Positions 18,891 through 27,272 are shown, counted from the first letter of the stretch. The stretch is 36,226 bases of DNA from a virus (IMGVR_UViG_3300005662_003122:1-36226); one strand, 5' to 3'. The notes: a model not told the origin generated them from the sequence alone. Program-made: numbers and translations.

Positions 18891-19575
18891 GTTTTCAAAA
18901 GAAGGATATACCTTTCCCAAGCCTCTGATTGATGTTCGTGGCAAACCCATGATACAGGCTGTGGTTGAGAATCTTGATTTTGATGCCGATTATATCTTTC
19001 TTGTTAGAAAAGAACATTTGGCAAAGTATTCTGGCTTGAAACAGACACTCAGCCGAATTACGAACGGAAGATATCAGATTGTTGAAGTAGATGGTCTTAC
19101 TGAAGGTGCAGCATGTACTGCGCTTTTAGCAAAGGAATTCATCAACAATGACGATGATTTGCTTATTGCAAACTCCGACCAAGTAATTGAATATAGTCCA
19201 GAAAACTTCAATGCTTTGAAGACCTTAGCAAATGTTGATGGTATCGTTTTCACTTTTCACGCTGTACATCCGAAATGGTCTTTTGTAAAAACCAACTCTA
19301 GAGGAATTGTTACAGAAGTTGCTGAAAAAAATCCAATATCAGATATTGCAACTTGCGGGATTTACTGGTATCGTAGGGGAAGTGATTTTGTGAAATACGC
19401 AGAGGCTATGATTGAAAAAAACATCAGAGTCAATAATGAGTTTTACATTGCTCCTGTGTACAACGAATTGATTTTCAACAACGGGACTTTGATACCTTTT
19501 TTTGTACACAAAATGCATGGGATTGGAACGCCGGAAGACTTGAATTCATATTTGAATCAGACAATCAACAACTAA
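18853..19575 (+). CDS. Sugar-phosphate nucleotidyltransferase
   Basis: IPMAGEGSRF..PKPLI, TEGAA, NSD, EK..IS, GTPEDL. Confidence 0.88.
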   Translation: MKILIPMAGEGSRFSKEGYTFPKPLIDVRGKPMIQAVVENLDFDADYIFLVRKEHLAKYSGLKQTLSRITNGRYQIVEVDGLTEGAACTALLAKEFINNDDDLLIANSDQVIEYSPENFNALKTLANVDGIVFTFHAVHPKWSFVKTNSRGIVTEVAEKNPISDIATCGIYWYRRGSDFVKYAEAMIEKNIRVNNEFYIAPVYNELIFNNGTLIPFFVHKMHGIGTPEDLNSYLNQTINN

Positions 19576-19593
19576 AACAAAGGAGATTTTGTC

Positions 19594-20592
19594 ATGAAGA
19601 ATGTATTGGTTACGGGTGGGGTCGGATTTGTTGGTCATCACATGGTCGATTATTTGCTTCGTAATACGGACACTCATGTGACTATTCTTGATCGTCTTGA
19701 TGTTTCAGGAAACATTAACAGACTTACAGCACTAGATTCGTGGGAAAAAAACAAGAATCGTGTCAAGTTTGTTTGGCATGACATGAAAGCCGAACTGCAC
19801 AGCAATGAGATTCTATGCACAATGCTAGGAGACCCTGATGTGGTTTTGCACATTGGTGCTGGTTCTCATGTTGATCGAAGCATCGAAGACCCAATGTCTT
19901 TCGTCATGGATAATGTTGTGGGTACTTGCAATATTTTGAATTATGCAAGGCGTTTGTCGAATCTCAAGAACTTTGTATATTTCTCTACAGACGAAGTGTT
20001 TGGTCCCGCCCCCGAAGGCGTAAACTACAAAGAGTGGGACCGTTATCAGTCTGGAAATCCATATTCCGCAACGAAAGCGGGTGGAGAGGAACTGTGTCTT
20101 GCTTTTGAAAACACATACAAGATGCCGATTATGATTTCCCATTGCATGAACATCTTTGGAGAGAGACAGCATCCAGAGAAGTTTATTCCTTCATGCATCC
20201 GCAAAATTGTTCGTGGCGAAAAGGTAATTATTCACGCAAATCATTCTCTGACAAAGGCTGGAAGTCGATTCTACATTCACGCACAAAATGTCTGTTCGGC
20301 TGTAGATTTCATCATGAAGAATGGCAAGAACGGTGACAAGTACAATATTGTGGGCGAAAGGGAAATCGACAATCTCTCTCTGGCACAAATGATTGCTAAT
20401 ATTCTAGGAAAGCCGCTGAATTATGAATTGGTTGATTTCCACAGCAGTCGTCCGGGACACGATCTTCGATATGCTCTTGACGGATCCAAGATGCAACAGA
20501 TGGGGTGGAATTTGCCAATGGATCTTGAAAATTCAATGGCTTCCGTAGTTGATTGGTCTTTGAAGAATCCAGAGTGGATTGGGATCAAGTGA
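19594..20592 (+). CDS. rmlB: NDP-glucose 4,6-dehydratase (RmlB-like)
   Basis: GGVGFVG, SHVDRS, STDEVFG, YSATK, QHPEK, RPGHDLRY. Confidence 0.9.
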   Translation: MKNVLVTGGVGFVGHHMVDYLLRNTDTHVTILDRLDVSGNINRLTALDSWEKNKNRVKFVWHDMKAELHSNEILCTMLGDPDVVLHIGAGSHVDRSIEDPMSFVMDNVVGTCNILNYARRLSNLKNFVYFSTDEVFGPAPEGVNYKEWDRYQSGNPYSATKAGGEELCLAFENTYKMPIMISHCMNIFGERQHPEKFIPSCIRKIVRGEKVIIHANHSLTKAGSRFYIHAQNVCSAVDFIMKNGKNGDKYNIVGEREIDNLSLAQMIANILGKPLNYELVDFHSSRPGHDLRYALDGSKMQQMGWNLPMDLENSMASVVDWSLKNPEWIGIK

Positions 20593-21050
20593 AAATAATT
20601 TCTCATAGAGGCAATTTAGAAGGAAGAATTCCTGATAAGGAAAACCATCCTTTTTTTGTAGAACTTGCCTACCTTGAGGGATTTGATGTAGAGATAGATG
20701 TTTGGTTTCACCAAGGGAACTACATGTTGGGTCATGATTGTCCTCAGCATGTAGTTCCCTCTTGGTGGTTGAAGCACTCTTGGCTTTGGTGTCATGCAAA
20801 AAATGTAGAGGCTATGGAGCGGATGTTCGAAGATGGCATTCACTACTTTTGGCATGAAAATGATCGATTCACTTTAACAAGTAAGGGCATTCCGTGGTGC
20901 TATCCCGAAAATTACAATAAAAATGGAATCGTGGTTTCAAAGGAACCAACTCTCCCCCCATATTCTGTTTTCGGTGTCTGCACGGATTATCCCTTGACTT
21001 TGCGTAACCTATTGGTAGAATCTGACAATAATGCAATCAGACAAGATTGA
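20589..21050 (+). CDS. GDPD/PLC-like phosphodiesterase-fold protein
   Basis: ISHRGN, EN, VEIDV, LGHD, CTD; GTG start overlaps the upstream stop. Confidence 0.72.
   Translation: MKIISHRGNLEGRIPDKENHPFFVELAYLEGFDVEIDVWFHQGNYMLGHDCPQHVVPSWWLKHSWLWCHAKNVEAMERMFEDGIHYFWHENDRFTLTSKGIPWCYPENYNKNGIVVSKEPTLPPYSVFGVCTDYPLTLRNLLVESDNNAIRQD
20994..21021 (+). promoter_or_regulatory. Candidate sigma70-type promoter for the helicase
   Basis: TTGACT-N16-TAGAAT with an extended -10 TG; ATG at 21031. Confidence 0.5.
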
Positions 21051-22455
21051 ACTTGTGATTTTGCGTAGTTTGCTACATCGCTCCGATTTCACACGGAGAG
21101 TGCAGCCGTTTCTCAAGGAAGAGTACTTCCATGACAACTGCGAGAAGCGTCTGTTTAAGACGATCTCTGATTTCATCGAAAAGTATTCAAATGCCCCTAC
21201 CCGTGAAGCATTGAACATCATCCTGAACAGCCAAGAGGGATTGTCGCAGGGCGAGTATGACGATTGCATCAAGTTGGTGGAGGGTCTTGCCGCAGAAACA
21301 GATCCACCCGATGAACAATGGCTTGTGGATCAGACAGAGAAGTTCTGCAAGGATAAGGCTGTCTACAATGCAATCATGGAGTCAATTGAACTGCTTGATG
21401 AGAAAAAGGCAAAGGGACGCTCCAAGAATGCCATTCCTGAAATCCTCACGAAGGCATTGAGCGTTTCCTTCGATGAGCATATTGGTCACGACTTCATCGA
21501 AGACTCTGCGGAACGCTATGACTTCTACCATCGTGTGGAGAAGAAGACCCCCTTTGACCTTGATTATTTCAACAAGATCACCAATGGTGGAGTTCCCGAC
21601 AAGACTCTGAATGTCTGTCTTGCAGGCACCGGCGTTGGAAAGTCCCTATTCATGTGCCACCATGCTGCCAACTGCCTGACACAGAGCAAGAATGTCCTCT
21701 ATATCACATGCGAGATGGCTGAGGAGCGAATCGCAGAGCGCATCGATGCCAATCTGATGGACATTTCGTTGGATGAACTCAAGAAACTGCCATTGGAAAT
21801 CTACAGCAAGCGTCTTGCAAAGGTGACTGCTGGCATCACGGGGAAACTCCTCATCAAGGAATATCCCACCGCATCCGCTAATGTGAATCACTTCCGCCAC
21901 CTGTTGGATGAACTTCGCCTGAAGAAGAACTTCAAGCCCGATGTCATCTTCATCGACTACCTCAACATCTGTGCCTCTTCTCGTTTCAAGGCAAACGGGA
22001 ATGTCAACTCATACACCTATGTGAAGGCGATTGCCGAGGAACTTCGTGGCTTGGCTGTGGAGATCGGTGTTCCGATCTTTACCGCAACGCAGACCAACCG
22101 TTCGGGTTTTGGCAACACCGATGTCGAACTCACGGATACATCGGAGTCATTCGGTCTTCCTGCCACCGCAGACTTCATGTTTGCACTCATTTCCACAGAG
22201 CAATTGGACGAATTGGGTCAGGTCATGGTGAAGCAGTTGAAGAATCGCTACAATGATGTCGCAACTCACAGAAAGTTCGTGATTGGTATTGACCGATCCA
22301 AGATGAAGTTGTATGATGTTGACGAAGAGGAACAGCAATTGATTCAGGACGGCAATTCAAGTCAACAGGACGATGATGAAGATACACCTATACGCACGGG
22401 CGGGTACGGGCGCATGGGCGCACGGGAGAAACCCGCCCTAGACAATTGGTCTTGA
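21031..22455 (+). CDS. gp41: Replicative DNA helicase (gp41, DnaB-like)
   Basis: AGTGVGKS, CEMAEE, IKEYPT, IDYLNI, TATQTNR, SESFGLPATAD, QLKNRY. Confidence 0.97.
   Translation: MQSDKIELVILRSLLHRSDFTRRVQPFLKEEYFHDNCEKRLFKTISDFIEKYSNAPTREALNIILNSQEGLSQGEYDDCIKLVEGLAAETDPPDEQWLVDQTEKFCKDKAVYNAIMESIELLDEKKAKGRSKNAIPEILTKALSVSFDEHIGHDFIEDSAERYDFYHRVEKKTPFDLDYFNKITNGGVPDKTLNVCLAGTGVGKSLFMCHHAANCLTQSKNVLYITCEMAEERIAERIDANLMDISLDELKKLPLEIYSKRLAKVTAGITGKLLIKEYPTASANVNHFRHLLDELRLKKNFKPDVIFIDYLNICASSRFKANGNVNSYTYVKAIAEELRGLAVEIGVPIFTATQTNRSGFGNTDVELTDTSESFGLPATADFMFALISTEQLDELGQVMVKQLKNRYNDVATHRKFVIGIDRSKMKLYDVDEEEQQLIQDGNSSQQDDDEDTPIRTGGYGRMGAREKPALDNWS
22393..22438 (+). repeat. CGCACGGGCG motif cluster 2 (helicase C-terminal tail)
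   Basis: CGCACGGGCG, TACGGGCGCA, TGGGCGCACGGG in tandem; CCCGCCC 22432-22438 is complementary to GGGCGGG 22398-22404. Confidence 0.7.
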
Positions 22456-22462
22456 CACCCAC

Positions 22463-22536
22463 AGGCGGGTGCCTGAATTGGAAAAAGGTGGTGACTTATA
22501 ATCGCCCTCATGCGGGTTCGATCCCCGCCCCGCCTA
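22463..22536 (+). tRNA. tRNA-Ile (anticodon UAU), CCA not encoded
   Basis: Acceptor AGGCGGG/CCCGCCT, D arm CCT..TGG..AGG, anticodon stem GGTGA/TCGCC with loop CTTATAA (TAT 22497-22499), T arm GCGGG-TTCGATC-CCCGC, discriminator A. Confidence 0.92.
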
Positions 22537-22548
22537 TTCAAAACATAC

Positions 22549-22555
22549 CTAAATA
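22549..22555 (+). promoter_or_regulatory. T4-type late promoter (CTAAATA)
   Basis: Intergenic; GGGAG RBS and ATG 22574 follow. Confidence 0.7.
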
Positions 22556-22573
22556 ACCTCTACGGGAGAGAAT

Positions 22574-23773
22574 ATGCTATCGTTCAAGGAAATGATTCCT
22601 ACCCTGTCAGAGGAAACCGTCAGGAACAAGCACCTAGATCACCTAGAGGATTTGATGATCCTTCAGGGGGAAAAGGGACTCAAACTTTCAATTGCATTTC
22701 TAAAAGATATCACTCAAAGTCTAAAAACGGGTGATACTTCTTTGGGACTATCGACAAAGTGGGACGGAAAGCCTGCTATTGTTTGTGGAATCAATCCAGA
22801 CAATGGGAAGTTTTTTGTTGCAACAAAGGGTGCTTTTAACAAAACTGTTGTTGCTTTCCATACCGAGGCTGAGGTTAAGAAAGGTGTTCCAAACGCCGAT
22901 CTTGCCTCAAAACTAATTCAATGCCTCAAGTTTTTGCCAAAGATAGGAATCAAAGGAGTGCTTCAGGGTGATCTGATGTTTACTTCCGATTCCAAAAAAT
23001 CGCAGACGATTGATGGAAAACCCTATATCACCTTCATGCCAAACACCATCATGTATGCAATCCCCACAGACAGCGATATAGGGCGTTCTGTGGCTTCCGC
23101 CAAGGTTGGCATAGCCTTCCACACCGTCTACAACGGAAAGACCATGGCGGCTCTCTCAGCCGCCTCCTTCAATTTTGATTCTAGCAGCCTAAAGAAAACA
23201 CCTGATGTTTGGTTTACTGATCCAAACATCTACGACATTACACCCGCCCTGCTGAAGGGAAATGAATATGCGACTCTGATGGGAATCATTAAAGAATGCG
23301 AAACAAAATCAAAAAAGGTTGGTGCTTTCCTCAAGACTCTTATGACAAACAAGGATCTGGTTGAATATATTCTTCCATATATCAATGCAACAATCAATGG
23401 CGGCATGGCACAATTTTCAACAAACGGACTTACACTAAATGTGAAAAGTAAGTTTGACAAAGAAATCCAAAAATTGAAAACGGAAAAGGGAAAGCAGGGC
23501 AAAGAAGCCGCAAAACAAAAGATGCTTTCCTATATTAAGGCATATGAATCTCAGTTCAACGAAATGTTTGAACTACATAATTTGATAGCAAAAGCAAAAG
23601 AAGTATTGCTTAGTAAGTTTTATGCCCTGTCACAGTTTGGGCATTTCTTTGTGGACGAAGATGGAATTCGCCCAACCGATCCTGAAGGAATTGTTGTTGC
23701 CCGTTCAGGTAAGGTAACAAAACTGGTAAATAGATTGAGATTCAGCAGACAGAACAGGAAGATCAACCAATGA
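22574..23773 (+). CDS. DUF6267-like protein with ligase/covalent nucleotidyltransferase motifs
   Basis: KHLDHLED N-terminus, KWDG (motif I), LQGDLMF (III-like), EGIVV (IV), KLV (V-like). Confidence 0.65.
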   Translation: MLSFKEMIPTLSEETVRNKHLDHLEDLMILQGEKGLKLSIAFLKDITQSLKTGDTSLGLSTKWDGKPAIVCGINPDNGKFFVATKGAFNKTVVAFHTEAEVKKGVPNADLASKLIQCLKFLPKIGIKGVLQGDLMFTSDSKKSQTIDGKPYITFMPNTIMYAIPTDSDIGRSVASAKVGIAFHTVYNGKTMAALSAASFNFDSSSLKKTPDVWFTDPNIYDITPALLKGNEYATLMGIIKECETKSKKVGAFLKTLMTNKDLVEYILPYINATINGGMAQFSTNGLTLNVKSKFDKEIQKLKTEKGKQGKEAAKQKMLSYIKAYESQFNEMFELHNLIAKAKEVLLSKFYALSQFGHFFVDEDGIRPTDPEGIVVARSGKVTKLVNRLRFSRQNRKINQ

Positions 23774-26700
23774 CTAAGAGGTTTGCCGATCATATTACCG
23801 AAGCAAAAAAGAAAGATACCGTGGTTTTTGCTTTCGGTAGAATGAATCCCCCAACTATAGGTCATGGTGCTGTTGTGGACAAGGTGATGGCAGAGGCATC
23901 AAAAAGAAATGCCGACCATTACATCTTTGTATCAAAAACACAAGATCCGAAGAAAAATCCACTAGACCAAAAAACAAAAATTGCGTATCTCAAGAAGTTT
24001 TTCCCCCGTGGCAATTTCCCCATCGGAAAAGCCATCAATCCATTTGATACGGTTCTTTATTTGTGTGAACTTGGATACAAGAACATTGTTGTTGTGACTG
24101 GAAGCGATCACATTGCGGAGTACAACAAGATCAAAGAATACAAGGGGAAGGTAGCACAAAACGATCCTAAGAAGAGAAAGTATTCTTTCGAGACTCTTGA
24201 TGTAATTGTTGCTGGAGAAGCCCGTGACGATGCTGCACAAGGGGTTGCAGGAATGTCTGCTTCAAAGATGAGAGCAGCAGCATTCAACAATGATTTCAAA
24301 AGTTTCTCCACAGGTGTTCCTGGAAACGATGTTGCTCTCAAGAAGAAACTTTACAAAGATGTCAGAAAAGGTCTAAATCTCAAAGAAGAATTTGTTGCCG
24401 AAGCAAATGAAGGTGATAAGGAAGTTACCATCGTTGCTCTGACTTCTTCCGAAAAAGATTTGAGTGACACCATTGAGAAGATGGAAGCCATCTGTAAGCG
24501 GCGCAAGATTGAGTTCTATGCCGTTAAGACGAGCAAGGCTCAGGTTGATATCTCTAGTGTTGCAGCCAAGAAGATTGTGATCAAGAACTATGACGGCGAA
24601 GGCAAGGATTGCACGGTTGATCCTCACAATACTGTTGCCATCGTTCGTGGCGGTGTGATGAACAGCGATATCGGTGTCGCCATCATGACCATTCTACAGA
24701 ACAATGGTGTATTCATGGTCAACGAGCGTGGCGGCATGGAACTGTGCGCCAACAAGTTGGAGACCGCCATTGCCCTAAAGAAACACGATCTCCCTCACCC
24801 CCGTACAGCATTTGTTGCCAACGAGGAAAATATTGAAACGGCAGTCAAGGAAATTGGCGGTAAATTTCCGGTGATCGTCAAGACACTTACGGGGGCAGAA
24901 GGCATCGGTGTATCCAAGATCGAAAGCATGGAAAGCCTGAAGTCCGTGCTTCAGACTTTGTGGAAGTATGGTGCAGAAATCATCATGCAGGAATTCCTGC
25001 CCAACTTCAAAAACGATGTTCGAAGCATCGTATTGAACGGAAAGATATTTGCATGTGCCAAGCGAGACAAGGCACCAAAGGATTTCCGAACGAATATTGC
25101 CCGTGGTTCAAAGGGCGGGTCTTTCCAACTTTCTGACGAAGAAATAAAGTTGGTGGAGCGGGCTGCAAGGGTCAGTAAGTGTTACTATGTCGGCATCGAC
25201 CATGTAATCAATGATGGCAAGCCTTATATTATTGAGATGAATGCAAGTCCGGGTAGTGGAAACATATATTACCGCTACTATGAGGATGGTGAAGGCAAAG
25301 ACAATGTGAAAGGGGAGGAATTGGTTGAAGACTTTCTTGACTATATCCTCAACAAGGCGCATTGGAAATTGTTCTCCAACCTAGCCGTTCGTGAAAAAGT
25401 CAAGATCGATGGTGTAGAGTACACCGCAAAAATCGATACGGGCAACAGCGGCTATAACATGATGCACGGTGACGAAATTAAGGACAACGGAGATCACACC
25501 GTAACTTTTAAATTGCCGAGTGGCAAGAAGGTTACCAAGAAGATCGTTAGTCGCATCACGGTCAAGAGCGGTATTGGCGAGAAAAAGCGACTTGTTGTTC
25601 TGATGGACATTGAGTTCCATGGCAAGAAATACACAAACATCAAATTCAGTCTTGGTGATCGTAGCCACATGTCTACAAAGGTGCTGATTGGCTTGCAGTT
25701 CCTCAGCAAGACGGGAATGGTTGTGGATCCCGCAGATGCAATCTATCCACAGCCCGACACAAATGCCAAGCGAAGAGGCGATGAGGAAGAGGAAGAAGAA
25801 ATCTTCGAAGCAGATGTGACTAGGGGCAAAGAATTTAAGACAAAGACGGGTAAGACAAAAGAAAGTCCGAAAGACAAAAAAACCGGTCTTCCCAAGAAAT
25901 ATGTTTCGGGAATGAGTAAGAGAGAAGCAGAACTACGCAAGAGGCGTTTGGAAAAGAGGAAGAAAATGGCTGACGATGATCCCAAGACATGGGAATTTGT
26001 GAATCCCCGTGAGAAGAACATTAAGACAAAACCATCCAAATACAACGCAATCTATAAGAAACTTGAGAAGCAAGGAAAACTAAAGGCTCTCAAGAACCAG
26101 TACGAACAAGACGAGGCGTTGGAAAGGCTAGAGAGCATCGACCAAAATGCAAATTCTACCCTTGTTGAAAAAATGAGATTTGCAATCTCATACGAAGATC
26201 GTTGCATTGCAAAAGACATGCGAGAATCTGCGTACCTCACTCGTCAGTACATCAACTACCTGAAGGAACTACGCAATCAAGAGATTGCTGAAAAGAATCC
26301 ATCTACTAGTCTTGAGGAAGATTTTGAATACTTCATGATTGAGGTCAGTCCTCCGAGCGGTCCTGCAAGACGCTTTTCGAAGAAAGAAAAGGTCAAGAAG
26401 GAATTTCAAAAGAGATATGGAAAGCGTTGGAAAGAAGTCTTCTATGCCACGGCATGGAAAATGCATGGGGGAGAATCGTTTGATCCAACCGATGAATGGT
26501 TGACCGAATCCAAGAAAATCAACAATGTCATGCAATGGACTGCTCTTGGCAAAAGAGGTCCGCTTTTGATCGGTACGGATGAAATTGTCAAGACATATAA
26601 GAAAGACACTCCTGGAGAAAGGGATCGTCTGGGAGAAGAAAAGACCCCCGAAGAAAAAGACGCTCTCTACAAAGAGTGGAAAAAACTTGTAAACATGTCG

Positions 26701-27015
26701 GGCAAAGAAATTGAATCTTTCCTTGATTCTGATGATGGCAAAGAAGCGGGGCTTTCCCGAAAGGAAGCCGGTAAGGCGGGAAGCAGCGGAGGAAAGATCA
26801 CCAGCGGACGAGACTCAGCAAGAGCCATCATCCGAATGCTTGATACTCCAAAAGACAAATGGACACCAAACGATTGGAAATGGGCTGGCAAGCAAGTCAG
26901 TTTCATTAGCCGAATGAAGGGTGCGAAGGGCGGTCTTCGGGATGACAAGGGAAGACCAACACGCAAACTGCTCGCACTAAAGGTCTGGGGTTACAATCCC
27001 GAGAAAAAGTCATGA
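23770..27015 (+). CDS. Multidomain protein: HIGH nucleotidyltransferase + RimK ATP-grasp ligase + RimB-like aspartic protease + DUF5824-N-like + DUF3140-like
   Basis: FGRMNPPTIGH/GSD/MSASKMR; NK..T..L....PHPRT, PVIVK..G.EG.GV, QEF, FRTNIARG, GID, IEMNASPG; AKIDTG..LGDRSHM..VLIG; LVNMS..SGR.SA..I..W...FISR..L..WGYNP. Confidence 0.85.
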   Translation: MTKRFADHITEAKKKDTVVFAFGRMNPPTIGHGAVVDKVMAEASKRNADHYIFVSKTQDPKKNPLDQKTKIAYLKKFFPRGNFPIGKAINPFDTVLYLCELGYKNIVVVTGSDHIAEYNKIKEYKGKVAQNDPKKRKYSFETLDVIVAGEARDDAAQGVAGMSASKMRAAAFNNDFKSFSTGVPGNDVALKKKLYKDVRKGLNLKEEFVAEANEGDKEVTIVALTSSEKDLSDTIEKMEAICKRRKIEFYAVKTSKAQVDISSVAAKKIVIKNYDGEGKDCTVDPHNTVAIVRGGVMNSDIGVAIMTILQNNGVFMVNERGGMELCANKLETAIALKKHDLPHPRTAFVANEENIETAVKEIGGKFPVIVKTLTGAEGIGVSKIESMESLKSVLQTLWKYGAEIIMQEFLPNFKNDVRSIVLNGKIFACAKRDKAPKDFRTNIARGSKGGSFQLSDEEIKLVERAARVSKCYYVGIDHVINDGKPYIIEMNASPGSGNIYYRYYEDGEGKDNVKGEELVEDFLDYILNKAHWKLFSNLAVREKVKIDGVEYTAKIDTGNSGYNMMHGDEIKDNGDHTVTFKLPSGKKVTKKIVSRITVKSGIGEKKRLVVLMDIEFHGKKYTNIKFSLGDRSHMSTKVLIGLQFLSKTGMVVDPADAIYPQPDTNAKRRGDEEEEEEIFEADVTRGKEFKTKTGKTKESPKDKKTGLPKKYVSGMSKREAELRKRRLEKRKKMADDDPKTWEFVNPREKNIKTKPSKYNAIYKKLEKQGKLKALKNQYEQDEALERLESIDQNANSTLVEKMRFAISYEDRCIAKDMRESAYLTRQYINYLKELRNQEIAEKNPSTSLEEDFEYFMIEVSPPSGPARRFSKKEKVKKEFQKRYGKRWKEVFYATAWKMHGGESFDPTDEWLTESKKINNVMQWTALGKRGPLLIGTDEIVKTYKKDTPGERDRLGEEKTPEEKDALYKEWKKLVNMSGKEIESFLDSDDGKEAGLSRKEAGKAGSSGGKITSGRDSARAIIRMLDTPKDKWTPNDWKWAGKQVSFISRMKGAKGGLRDDKGRPTRKLLALKVWGYNPEKKS

Positions 27016-27272
27016 AAGATTACAAAAACCTAATAAATTGCATTCAGGAAGCCAGAATATCTGCTTTGGAAAAGAAAGCAAAGGCAAGCGGCATTCCATA
27101 TGGAATTCTGAAGAAGGTCTATGATCGTGGCATGGCAGCATGGAAAGGTGGACACCGACCGGGTGTAAGCAGCCATGCATGGGCATTTGCGAGAGTGAAT
27201 TCTTTTATCGTTGGCGGGAAGACAAGAAAGACAGCAGATGCTGATCTTTGGAAGAAGGCAAAGGGCGGATAA
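27012..27272 (+). CDS. Small basic DUF5824-like protein (C-terminal half)
   Basis: SGIPYGILKKVYDRGMAAWKGGHRPG..WAFARVNSF..GKT..DADL. Confidence 0.7.
   Translation: MKDYKNLINCIQEARISALEKKAKASGIPYGILKKVYDRGMAAWKGGHRPGVSSHAWAFARVNSFIVGGKTRKTADADLWKKAKGG

Noticed and set aside
10187-21050. Island as a DNA hypermodification locus (it lies near where T4 keeps beta-gt and gene 42)
   Set aside because: No hydroxymethylase or DNA-glucosyltransferase-like gene is recognised here, the GT families are glycan/protein-type, and restriction-site avoidance argues for largely unprotected DNA. Disfavoured but not excluded.
22495-22501. Reading the anticodon loop as TTA (ochre suppressor) and inferring stop-codon recoding
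   Set aside because: The 7-nt loop CTTATAA centres on TAT; genes are intact in the standard code and TAA, TGA and TAG all terminate ORFs
22452-22502. TTGACA...TATAAT as a sigma70 promoter
   Set aside because: Spacing is about 39 bp and the TATAAT is the tRNA anticodon loop
22510-22734. 74-aa ORF
   Set aside because: Overlaps the tRNA and the DUF6267-like gene out of frame
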